Source: a virus. Taken from it: DNA of 64,000 nt. A program made the position numbers and the translations under genes. The DNA is taken from positions 502-64,501 of the IMG/VR virus record IMGVR_UViG_3300027653_000012. One strand, written 5' to 3'. The notes under the pieces were generated by a model. That model saw only the letters and a program-made list of their open reading frames with translations. It was not told where the DNA came from and ran no database searches. Each line of letters starts with the position of its first letter. Positions within the stretch are counted from its first letter, which is position 1. Of this stretch, positions 7,401 through 15,503 are shown piece after piece.

Positions 7401-8273
7401 ATGACCATGACCGTAGAGACCACCAAGACCACCAACCCACAATCAGTAGTGCTCCGAGTTTTCGAGGCAGTAGGCTTCCGCATCGCCAATGATCCCGACG
7501 CTCGATCACAATGGGAACAACTGCTCGTATCCACCTGGAGCAACCGTGACGATGTGTGGCAACCAGGACGCTGCAAAGGCTGCGCGAAGATGATTGCTAG
7601 CCAAGCCAGCGAGATCGACAACGAAAACACCGACAACCCGTTCCTCGCCGCAATCAGGTCTCACGTGGCAACAGTGTGCGGGGCCTGTACTCGCTTGGCG
7701 GACGATCACTACCACAACCTCGGACGACAACCAGTCAAGGCTGGATGGTGGGAGACCAACTGCCCGCCAACCTTTCAGACACTACTCGCCGACCGAACAG
7801 CCGAAAAGGTCGACTGGAGACGTGTCGAAACGGTCGAGAAATGGAATTTTAAAAGAAAAGCGAAAGGACTGATCCTCACTGGCGACACAGGATCAGGCAA
7901 AACAACCGCTCTGTGGGGTCTAGCAAGGCGTTTAAAGAAGGAAGGTAGGCATCTCTACCTGTTGACATCGATCGAGCTTTCTAGACGGCTTCAAGCGGCC
8001 GCAAAAGAAATGCAGGCAGACCACGACCTCCTTCACTGCGATTTCCTGCTCATCGACGACCTCGGAAAAGAAAAGCTAACCACAACCGTCGGTGCAGCTC
8101 TCTACGAGCTAATGGACCAACGACTCGCCCACAACCGATGGATGGCATTCACCACCCGATTCACCGGCGACCAACTCGAAGACCGATTCATAGACACACA
8201 CCTTGGCCGAGACATCCGCCGCCGCATCCAAGATGCTTGCACACACCTACGATTCAAAGGAGGCGGGATCTAA
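7401..8273 (+). CDS. DnaC/IstB-like helicase loader ATPase
   Basis: GDTGSGKT Walker A, LLIDDLGKE Walker B; directly after rep. Confidence 0.92.
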   Translation: MTMTVETTKTTNPQSVVLRVFEAVGFRIANDPDARSQWEQLLVSTWSNRDDVWQPGRCKGCAKMIASQASEIDNENTDNPFLAAIRSHVATVCGACTRLADDHYHNLGRQPVKAGWWETNCPPTFQTLLADRTAEKVDWRRVETVEKWNFKRKAKGLILTGDTGSGKTTALWGLARRLKKEGRHLYLLTSIELSRRLQAAAKEMQADHDLLHCDFLLIDDLGKEKLTTTVGAALYELMDQRLAHNRWMAFTTRFTGDQLEDRFIDTHLGRDIRRRIQDACTHLRFKGGGI

Positions 8274-8274
8274 G

Positions 8275-8556
8275 ATGAAACAAAAACAACCAACACGATG
8301 GCCCAGCTTCGGAGCACGCAGAAAATCTCACCCGACCATCTCACCCGGCCAACCATTCATCTATCTCGGTCGCAGCATGCGCGTCACAACGGTATCGCGA
8401 AAACTCATCACAGCCCACTACGTCAACAATTCCGGAAACATCCAAACAATCACCATCCCAACCGACGCAGCCAAAACTTGCATCCCAACCCCTACAGACT
8501 CACCCGACACAGAAATCGACAACGACAACGACCCACGATTCGTCGAACTCAACTAA
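8275..8556 (+). CDS. Hypothetical protein
   Basis: ATG just after the loader stop codon. Confidence 0.6.
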   Translation: MKQKQPTRWPSFGARRKSHPTISPGQPFIYLGRSMRVTTVSRKLITAHYVNNSGNIQTITIPTDAAKTCIPTPTDSPDTEIDNDNDPRFVELN

Positions 8557-8582
8557 CCACTAAAAACACACGAACAAAAGAC

Positions 8583-8717
8583 ATGATCGTAAAACCCATC
8601 CAAGGAGCTTGCCCAACATGCTGGAGAAGAAAAGCACGAGCAATCCCATGGAAACCAGGAACAACCTGCTGGAACTGCGGACTCCCAAAATCTAAACCAA
8701 AACCCAAACCTCCCTAA
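8583..8717 (+). CDS. Small Zn-ribbon protein
   Basis: CPTC ... CWNC in 44 aa. Confidence 0.55.
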   Translation: MIVKPIQGACPTCWRRKARAIPWKPGTTCWNCGLPKSKPKPKPP

Positions 8718-9043
8718 CCACCCCAGCCAAAACCACCACGATCACCCTCCTCAAAATTCTCATCCAACCAACAACCAGCCCCACGATACAGAGCCTTACC
8801 AGGCATCCAACAACCACATCCCAAACTACTCCCAACCTCCGGCCTACACCTCCGAAGACGACGATCATACACCGGACAAACTGAACACGCCCGCATCCTC
8901 CTGCGCCACTCCACACGCGATACCCTCCCACTACCAACCAAACGAAACCAGCCAACCACTACCCCAAACAGGACCCAAATACCAACCTCACCAACACCAA
9001 CACAAACAACACGAAACCAACAACAAATACGCCGAAAACCCAT
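8714..9043 (-). CDS. Cys-rich Zn-binding protein
   Basis: RRMRACSVCP ... C ... GCGCWMPGK ... CW; start placed at internal ATG 9043. Confidence 0.65.
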   Translation of the reverse strand: MGFRRICCWFRVVCVGVGEVGIWVLFGVVVGWFRLVGSGRVSRVEWRRRMRACSVCPVYDRRLRRCRPEVGSSLGCGCWMPGKALYRGAGCWLDENFEEGDRGGFGWGG

Positions 9044-9689
9044 AACTACAACCCATGACAACAAAACCACAGGCCCGCAAACCAGAAAGTTGAGAAGAGC
9101 GGTATATATAAAAACTGGCGACCAATACCCATTTCCCCCCTCCCCGCCCCCTATTTTGACCTCTTTTTTATGCTGTTTTTGCAGGCGTTTTTTGGCCTGT
9201 AATCTCATTGTAGTGAGATTACATGACCATACGTAAACCGCTTATTTACAATAACTTGCGACATTGAAGAGTGTTAACTCAAGCAAGTTTATCGCAAGAA
9301 CAACTGGAAAAGCCAAAGATTGCTAAAATCCTGAACTCAAGAAACGGAGTGCTTGATTGATCCAATTTGAATGGCTTGTCGTGACTGTTGCAATGGCTTG
9401 AAACGTATGCCTTCCACCCTGTTTTGCGTCTACCCTATCAGTTTGCTTTGTCGTTGACTTTGAACGGTTTAAGGTAGTTTTTGAGCGGATAAAATGGTTT
9501 GAGAACTGTATCCATGCATGTTTGGCAGTCTGTATGTGTTTTGGCAGTGATATTATATCAAATTTTATCCTACGGATTGACTTGTCAATTGTGTATTTGT
9601 TTTGGTTGTCATAAGTCTTTGATGTTGAACAAGATACTTGTGTGGTTTTGTGCTGATTTTGAAACGTTTTATGAGGTTTTTGCTAGATG

Positions 9690-10123
9690 TAGACGCCGTC
9701 CGACGGGACGACATAGGAAACTGGCATGGGTCCAGCGTCTAGGGCCCTCTCTCGGTTGAGCGAGCCAGTGGCTGAAGCGAAGCTTCCTGAAAGCGTGTGC
9801 GCGAATCCTGATAGCAGAAAGCTGTGGATAGGGAAGGCCTTGCGAAAGCAAGGCGGGAAAGACCCAACCCAATGGGTGAATCCGATAGCGAATCCGATAG
9901 CGATTTGTCAAAAAGTTAAAAGTCTACTTTTGGCAATCGCAAGGGTTTTTAAAAGGTGCAAGGAGCCTTTCCATTCTTTGGCAATTAGCAACTGCTAGAG
10001 ACTTGGTTGAACCTAGCGGAAAAGACTGAAGTGAAATCTAACTTTAAATCGAAACGGCTGGAATCCCTAAAAAACGAAACTGTCACGCGGTTTCATAAGC
10101 GCAAAAAAGGGATTTCAACCGTC
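9690..10123 (+). ncRNA. Candidate large structured leader/ncRNA ending at the hammerhead 1 cleavage site
   Basis: Dense stems: tagacgc/gcgtcta, actggc/gccagt, gccttgc-GAAA-gcaaggc, gcgatttgtcaaaaagt/acttttggcaatcgc; no convincing ORF. Confidence 0.5.
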
Positions 10124-10160
10124 TTGCGTCTTGGCAAAGCGCAACTGATGAGATTGCCAC
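10047..10160 (+). ncRNA. Type II hammerhead ribozyme 1
   Basis: aatc-GAAA-stem III (cggctggaatccct/agggatttcaaccg)-GTC-stem I (ttgcg/cgcaa)-CTGATGA-gatt; cleavage after 10123. Confidence 0.9.
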
Positions 10161-10188
10161 AAAAAATAAGTAAAAAGGATAAATTAAG

Positions 10189-10575
10189 ATGAAAAACACA
10201 ACTCCATTTGAAACGGTTAAAACCATCAATCGCGAAGGGAAGAAAGTCTTGTCGCGAAAGCGATTTGGCGAAATCCATGGCTTGAAAGGCGCCGAACTGA
10301 AGCGGCGCCATTACGAATATCTGCTTTCAAATCCCTTAAGCGATATGGTCCAGAACGTCACCTGGTCCAGGGTGACCAGGAATCCAAAAACCGGGCACGT
10401 CTCGGCCAGCGGCTATGATGCCGCGGCCATGGCAAAGAAGGCGCCGAAAGCGCCGCGGCGCAGGAAGGCGAAGGTCGTGTCGATCACCGATGCGATGGCC
10501 GTCCTCCAGGCGGCCGCTCAAGAGGGCAATCAACAAGCAATTGCCGCCCTTGAGGCGGTTGTTGCCGGTCAGTAA
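10189..10575 (+). CDS. Basic hypothetical early protein
   Basis: AAGGA SD; flanked by hammerheads 1 and 2. Confidence 0.8.
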   Translation: MKNTTPFETVKTINREGKKVLSRKRFGEIHGLKGAELKRRHYEYLLSNPLSDMVQNVTWSRVTRNPKTGHVSASGYDAAAMAKKAPKAPRRRKAKVVSITDAMAVLQAAAQEGNQQAIAALEAVVAGQ

Positions 10576-10581
10576 TATAAA

Positions 10582-10650
10582 TCGAAACACGCACTGCAAA
10601 CGCGGTGCGTGTCTTGCGTCTTGGCAAGACGCAACTGATGAGAACGCCAT
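10582..10650 (+). ncRNA. Type II hammerhead ribozyme 2
   Basis: tc-GAAA-cacgcactgc/gcggtgcgtg-TC-ttgcgtc/gacgcaa-CTGATGA-ga; cleavage after 10613; stem II only about 2 bp. Confidence 0.85.
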
Positions 10651-10670
10651 AACAAACAAACAAGGATACC

Positions 10671-10853
10671 ATGAGTAACGCAGAAATTGTCAAAAAAATC
10701 GAGGCCGCGAAAGCGGCGGCTGGCTTCAATGACCAAATCAAGGTCATTGAAGCCCTGAACGAGGTGCTGGAGCATCTCCGCCGGGAAGAGCGGGTTGTGG
10801 ACGCGCGGGAAGATTCCATGTCTTATGACCGGAGCTTCCTCGCCGGTCAGTGA
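10671..10853 (+). CDS. Small hypothetical early protein
   Basis: AAGGA SD; between hammerhead 2 and the twister. Confidence 0.75.
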   Translation: MSNAEIVKKIEAAKAAAGFNDQIKVIEALNEVLEHLRREERVVDAREDSMSYDRSFLAGQ

Positions 10854-10889
10854 GTGCAATGTTCCTTGACGTTATGTGACGTCAGGGAA

Positions 10890-10959
10890 CTGGTTAATGC
10901 AACCTGGCTATCTTGGATGGTCAGACGGTTCCAAGTCCGTGTAAATGCAGAGGAACCAG
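10890..10959 (+). ncRNA. Twister ribozyme (type P1)
   Basis: P1 ctggt/accag, T^AA, P2 tgca/tgca, P3 tggctatc/gatggtca, P4 acgg/ccgt with loop ttccaagt, L1 GAGGA. Confidence 0.9.
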
Positions 10960-11062
10960 AGGTTCGCTGTGAACCTCGCTTACGGTCGGATGTTACTCCG
11001 AATCCGGCTGTGAGACAGATGACCGATCGGAGCAAGACGCGTGAGAGGCGCGCTTTTTAGAC

Positions 11063-11344
11063 ATGAAAACACTTACAAGAAAAGAACTGGCGGGAACGTC
11101 ATTCAATATGGGCCTCTCCATCATGCATGGAGAGTCCCGGCAGGTAGTTCGGTTCGGCGCGTGTCAATACGCAACCGACACCTCCGCCACCGTCATCAAG
11201 GACGGTGGAGACATCGTTCTCATCACCGAGAGTAGTCTCGGTGATGGCAGCCGTCCTGAACATCGGGAGGTCCTGGTCCGCCCCGTTTGGGTCGGGGGCT
11301 GGGATGCCGACCCAGAAAAAGAGGAGGACTGGCTACTTCTCTAA
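11063..11344 (+). CDS. Hypothetical early protein
   Basis: ATG after a hairpin cluster; MKT start typical of this operon. Confidence 0.65.
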   Translation: MKTLTRKELAGTSFNMGLSIMHGESRQVVRFGACQYATDTSATVIKDGGDIVLITESSLGDGSRPEHREVLVRPVWVGGWDADPEKEEDWLLL

Positions 11345-11400
11345 CACACGAATGCCGCTCTGCGAGTAACAGAGCGGCTGATTAACCACAAAAAGAAAAA

Positions 11401-11694
11401 ATGAAAACTGGATTCAAGATCAAGAGAATCAGCCATATGGCTGAAGAACCCGTCCGCGTGACGGGGGACGAAGTTGAGATCGTGGACAACCCAACGATCT
11501 CGTTGGCCGACGGCTGCAAGGCTCAGAAACTCCCATTTACATGGGGGTGCCAAGCGGCCGCGTGTTACGCGGTATTCTCCCCTGAGGGGGAGTTTATCGG
11601 ATTCGAGAAGGGCACGGGGGGCCGTGCCCCATATGTAGCCGAAGATGGCTACTTTTCCTGCGAGGAAGAGGATTCCTACCAGGACGAAGAATGA
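11401..11694 (+). CDS. Hypothetical early protein with acidic C-terminus
   Basis: A-rich leader, ATG at 11401. Confidence 0.7.
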   Translation: MKTGFKIKRISHMAEEPVRVTGDEVEIVDNPTISLADGCKAQKLPFTWGCQAAACYAVFSPEGEFIGFEKGTGGRAPYVAEDGYFSCEEEDSYQDEE

Positions 11695-11765
11695 GGCAAT
11701 CTACCGTGATACCGTGAGTGACCGGGAAACCGGCGGCTAAACACCTAAATAGAAAAGAAATAACT

Positions 11766-12143
11766 ATGATCAATATCAAAAACCTCACCCCCCACGCCAT
11801 CCGCGTCTTTGCCGCGGATGGCACGACCGAACTCGTCACCGTGCCGCCCTCGGGTACGGTGGCACGCGCCAGCGTCTCCTACGAGGAGAGCGGCGTCGTC
11901 CCGATCGAGGGCGACGCGGAAGCTCTCCTCAGTCGGGATCCCCTCGCCGGGATTCCCGTCTACGTCTCCGTCATGGGAGACGTAGAGGGACTCCCGGAGC
12001 CGGAAGCAGGGACGGTCTACATCGTCTCCACTCTCGTCCGGCAGGCGTTGCCCCGCCGGACTGACCTGCTCTCCCCCGGGGAGCTAATCCGCAACGAGGC
12101 CGGTCAGCCCATCGGCTGCCGCGGCCTCGTTGCAAACAGCTGA
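11766..12143 (+). CDS. NLTPH-motif protein (candidate cyclic-oligonucleotide ring nuclease)
   Basis: KNLTPHAI ... GLPEP...YIVS.LV ... R.DL..P...IRNEAGQPIGC. Confidence 0.7.
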   Translation: MINIKNLTPHAIRVFAADGTTELVTVPPSGTVARASVSYEESGVVPIEGDAEALLSRDPLAGIPVYVSVMGDVEGLPEPEAGTVYIVSTLVRQALPRRTDLLSPGELIRNEAGQPIGCRGLVANS

Positions 12144-12146
12144 CCT

Positions 12147-12323
12147 ATGAGCGGCCTGATGAAGGTTATGAAGGTTATTTGCGCCTGGTGCGGTCTGTTG
12201 ATCCGCGATGGGCGCGAGCCTGTTTCTCACGGGATCTGCGACCGTTGCAAAGCCCGTGAGCTTGGTCGGCTCAAAGTTACTGAGACCGACCGAGCCTACT
12301 GGGAACCGGTCGAGTCGGACTAA
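12147..12323 (+). CDS. Small Zn-finger protein (58 aa)
   Basis: VICAWCG ... SHGICDRC; below the ORF-track cutoff. Confidence 0.75.
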   Translation: MSGLMKVMKVICAWCGLLIRDGREPVSHGICDRCKARELGRLKVTETDRAYWEPVESD

Positions 12324-12415
12324 AACGGGACGCGAGTCTTGCGAGAGATGGGAGGAGGAGTAAGTTTGCGCCGATGGGATGGCCCCAAAGGCTTAACCAA
12401 CAACAACACACACAC

Positions 12416-12754
12416 ATGAAGACCATGAAAAAAACCATCACAGAATCAGACTTCACGGCAGCGTTCCACAACATGGGGCGCGGCGATCAATTCAGCTATT
12501 CCGGCCTTAAGGCCTTGTTCGGATACCTGGAGGAAATGGAGGAAGGCACAGGCGAGGAGCTGGAACTGGACGTTATCGCGCTCTGCTGCGACTTCGCGGA
12601 ATATGACACGGCGATTGAAGCAGCGTCCGAATATAGCTGGAAGCCAGATGAGGACGAGGACGACGAAGAGAACGAGGCGCAGGCCCTGAAATGGCTGAAC
12701 GACAGAACAACCGTCATCACGTTTGATGGAGGCATTATCATTCAGCAGTTCTGA
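12416..12754 (+). CDS. Acidic early phage protein
   Basis: FSYSGLKALFGYLEE ... ELDVIALCCDFAEY; strongly D/E-rich. Confidence 0.8.
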   Translation: MKTMKKTITESDFTAAFHNMGRGDQFSYSGLKALFGYLEEMEEGTGEELELDVIALCCDFAEYDTAIEAASEYSWKPDEDEDDEENEAQALKWLNDRTTVITFDGGIIIQQF

Positions 12755-12757
12755 AAC

Positions 12758-12820
12758 GTCGAAACCGGCACCCTTGGCCGGTCTGGTGGGTTGGCATCCC
12801 GCCACTGATGAGACTGCCAA
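12758..12820 (+). ncRNA. Type II hammerhead ribozyme 3
   Basis: gtc-GAAA-ccggc/gccgg-TC-tggtggg/cccgcca-CTGATGA-gac; loop I ttggca pairs with 3' tgccaa; cleavage after 12783. Confidence 0.93.
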
Positions 12821-12837
12821 ACAAACAAAAAGCAACC

Positions 12838-13236
12838 ATGAAAGAAGCAAAGAACATGAAAGAAGCAAAGACAAAAGAGGCGATTGAGCGCCACTGCCGT
12901 GGCCTGCTTGCGATCTTCCCGAATGCAAGCGAGACAGACCCAACTAAGCTCTACAAGGAGCTTAAGAGGCTCGAGGATCGGGCCCACAAGCTGGCCGAGG
13001 ACTATTGCAACGGGCACGTTGACTCGGACGGGTGGGAGGCGAAGCGGGACAAGATCCGCGACAAGCTGAACACATTACTTAACCCGGGAGACGTCCCCGT
13101 TTTTCTCAACGGGGATCCTCGCGGATACGCGCTGAAGATCGAGGATGAATGGATGAGGGAGGCTCTTAGCAGCGGCAAAAAACTTCAAACAGATTGGGGC
13201 GGGTATGGTTTGTTGGCTCCGGATCTGACGGAGTAA
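12838..13236 (+). CDS. Hypothetical early phage protein
   Basis: NGDPRGYALKI and DWGGYGLLAP motifs; A/C-rich leader. Confidence 0.8.
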   Translation: MKEAKNMKEAKTKEAIERHCRGLLAIFPNASETDPTKLYKELKRLEDRAHKLAEDYCNGHVDSDGWEAKRDKIRDKLNTLLNPGDVPVFLNGDPRGYALKIEDEWMREALSSGKKLQTDWGGYGLLAPDLTE

Positions 13237-13269
13237 ACCAAAACCAAAACCAAAAACAGAAAGAAAGAA

Positions 13270-13509
13270 ATGAAAATGAAAAACAATACAAAAAACCTTA
13301 GAACAATCCAAGCCCTCGCAGACAACGGAGAGGGTGTCCTATCCCAGACCCAGATCGTCATCGAAAGATCGGGAAACGGCTGGTCTGTCGCTGACGGACC
13401 TGAAATCACCCATGATCACCCGGAAGAGATCCGCGGATGGGGCCGCCTCGACGGCCCTGCTTTCAGACAGAAAAATGGCCTCCTCATACCGGCTCGGGGC
13501 CTCGCATAA
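13270..13509 (+). CDS. Hypothetical early protein
   Basis: A-rich leader. Confidence 0.6.
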   Translation: MKMKNNTKNLRTIQALADNGEGVLSQTQIVIERSGNGWSVADGPEITHDHPEEIRGWGRLDGPAFRQKNGLLIPARGLA

Positions 13510-13883
13510 CCATAGAGCCGCCGGTTTCCCGGCGGCGAATAACCAGAAAAACGCTCAGACCCAGAGCTAAAACGGAGAATAAAAAAATGACCTATACAAA
13601 ACAAGACGCCCTCAACCGGATCAACGGAACCATCGTAAAAAACAGCGTCGTCTACTACGACGACGCAATGGCGGAATACTACGTCGGGCCAGCCTCCGAC
13701 ATCGACGATCTGGTCGAGCTGATGAACTCCGACGACGAGGACATCGCACGGGACGCATACTCCCACTGGTGCGCCGGAACCTCCCATGGAGACGGATACG
13801 AGACCGAGGAGGAAGCAATCGCCGCCGCGGAAGAAAACTAAAAACCACCATAGAGCCGCCGGGAAACCGGCGGCTGAATAACC
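13509..13883 (+). repeat. Intergenic hairpin repeat ACCATAGA-GCCGCCGG-N4-CCGGCGGC-(T)GAATAACC (copies 13509-13544 and 13847-13883)
   Basis: Two near-identical copies; variants at 11354-11387, 11711-11745 and possibly 15438-15470. Confidence 0.85.
13587..13841 (+). CDS. Very acidic small protein (DNA-mimic/anti-defence candidate)
   Basis: 84 aa, D/E-rich, flanked by the hairpin repeats. Confidence 0.75.
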   Translation: MTYTKQDALNRINGTIVKNSVVYYDDAMAEYYVGPASDIDDLVELMNSDDEDIARDAYSHWCAGTSHGDGYETEEEAIAAAEEN

Positions 13884-13905
13884 CTCAAAAAAGAAAGAAA
13901 AGACA

Positions 13906-14112
13906 ATGACAGCCGCACAAGAAATCATAAAATCCACGCGCAGCGATAAGAAACGCCACGAGCTGGCCCTCGAACGCTGCAAATTCCACCTCGACGAACA
14001 AGAGGTTATTGCCGCCCAGCGGGACGATGGCTGGAGCACGACCGCGATATACGAGTTCGCGGATGGGTCCTCACTCCGCGAAAACGGCATGGGCTGGCAC
14101 GCGGAAGGATGA
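13906..14112 (+). CDS. Hypothetical early protein
   Basis: A-rich leader after a hairpin repeat. Confidence 0.65.
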   Translation: MTAAQEIIKSTRSDKKRHELALERCKFHLDEQEVIAAQRDDGWSTTAIYEFADGSSLRENGMGWHAEG

Positions 14113-14290
14113 GTCCAGCCGAATACATGGTGTCTGGATCTCGTCCAGCACGCCCGTGTTCTCCAGGGAATATGAGACCCTGGAAGGCGATTTGATCGGC
14201 GATGTCGATTCCGCGATGGGAGATCGGATTGACGCCGCACTAAAATACGACTGGGAGAAGAAGCACAAACGCTAAGTCGCCCGCCCAACC

Positions 14291-14336
14291 GCACGAGCAA
14301 ACCCGGCACCCTCACACGGTCCGGGTTTTTTCGTGC
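14291..14336 (+). terminator. Intrinsic terminator-like hairpin
   Basis: aaacccgg ... ccgggtttttt inside the longer gcacga/tcgtgc stem. Confidence 0.6.
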
Positions 14337-14365
14337 CCAAACCACAACCATCAAACCAAATTCCA

Positions 14366-14851
14366 ATGAAAACAAAACCAAAAAGAAAGATCACACCCGC
14401 CCAAAAGGAGGCGGCGAAACAGAGACGTGAGCAGCTCAAATCGCTCACAAAACAGGCGGAATCCATGGAGGTCTCAGGAGTAATCGAGACCGTCGAAGGA
14501 CACCCTCTTTCGGACGTAAACGCAGCACTCGTGCTGGTTCAGTGTCCAGCGGCAACCATCGTCGGTGGCTTCCGTCAATGGAAGAAGCACGGCCGACAGG
14601 TGATGAAAGGGCAGAAGGGAATCGCCATCTGGTTTCCGTGCAGGACGAAACAGGAGGACGAGGATGCCGAAGATCAGAGCCGGACGTTCTTCCGTGTCGG
14701 CACCGTCTTCGACATCAGCCAGACGGAGGAGATGCCGGAGGGAGCCGAGACCACCGAGCGAAAACCCCGGCGTGAAACGAAACGCGAGGCTCCTGCCAGG
14801 AGGAAAGCGGAACCGAGCCATGAGGATCTGCTCGCGGCCTTGAATTTCTGA
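14366..14851 (+). CDS. ArdC-like N-terminal ssDNA-binding (anti-restriction) protein
   Basis: N..LV..QCP.AT.VGGFRQWKK.GRQV.KGQKGIAIW.P ... VFDISQTE. Confidence 0.85.
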   Translation: MKTKPKRKITPAQKEAAKQRREQLKSLTKQAESMEVSGVIETVEGHPLSDVNAALVLVQCPAATIVGGFRQWKKHGRQVMKGQKGIAIWFPCRTKQEDEDAEDQSRTFFRVGTVFDISQTEEMPEGAETTERKPRRETKREAPARRKAEPSHEDLLAALNF

Positions 14852-14882
14852 AACCACGAACCAACCAAACATTAGACATAAT

Positions 14883-15308
14883 ATGAGAACTGCATTTGAG
14901 TCAGAAGCCAAAGAACAATACGGCATTAGCTGCACAGAGGCCGTGCAACGTGGATTGATTACGCGGGGAATCCGCTGGAGTCACCGGAAGAAGGATTATG
15001 TTGACGATGGGTGGGAGCCCATCAACTGCGGAGGTAAATTCACGACACAGAAAGCGGCACTCGATGCCTACATGGCGCAAGAGAAGAAAGAGCGGGATAA
15101 GGCCATTGCGCGAGCAAACTCCATAACCTACGCGGATCTTCCGGAGTGCTGTAAGTCAGTCATGCCCGAGATAGGGTTCACTGAAGATCACGCACGCAAG
15201 GCAATCCGCCGCCTTCGATCCTGGGTTTGGGATGAAGGGATCTCCGTTCCGCAGGAAACAACGGATAAATACTTCGCCTTCATCAAACAGCGGATGGGGG
15301 TCATTTAA
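14883..15308 (+). CDS. Hypothetical protein
   Basis: 141-aa ORF in the operon direction. Confidence 0.7.
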   Translation: MRTAFESEAKEQYGISCTEAVQRGLITRGIRWSHRKKDYVDDGWEPINCGGKFTTQKAALDAYMAQEKKERDKAIARANSITYADLPECCKSVMPEIGFTEDHARKAIRRLRSWVWDEGISVPQETTDKYFAFIKQRMGVI

Positions 15309-15503
15309 GCGGAGTAGGTCCGACTAAATAACCCGTCGTAAAAAGCAAAGCCCCGTCTCTCCTACTTACGTATCTCACGCGCCGCGTGAGACTTCGGAGA
15401 AGACAGGGCTTACTCACTACCTATCACACTACCTATCACCTATGCGGACTCTCAGTGGTTCGCTGAATAGTAAAAACAAAAGACATCAATCCAACAAGCA
15501 AAA

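Noticed and set aside
12155-12170. CTGATGA as a fourth hammerhead
   Set aside because: No matching GAAA or stems; lies in a small Zn-finger ORF
13490-13544. HDV/theta ribozyme reading of the GCCGCCGG hairpin repeats
   Set aside because: The P4-J4/2-like tail is present, but no P1/P2/P3 nest is shared among the copies
13416-14381. 321-aa minus-strand ORF and other long antisense ORFs (e.g. 16714-17679, 21093-22070, 37140-38330)
   Set aside because: Shadow frames of well-supported genes on the opposite strand
15309-15412. Pistol-like ribozyme (cgga-gtagg-tccg, taaata, later cctact)
   Set aside because: Spacing is too long and the conserved GCG and GU cleavage context are missing; only a long hairpin is supported
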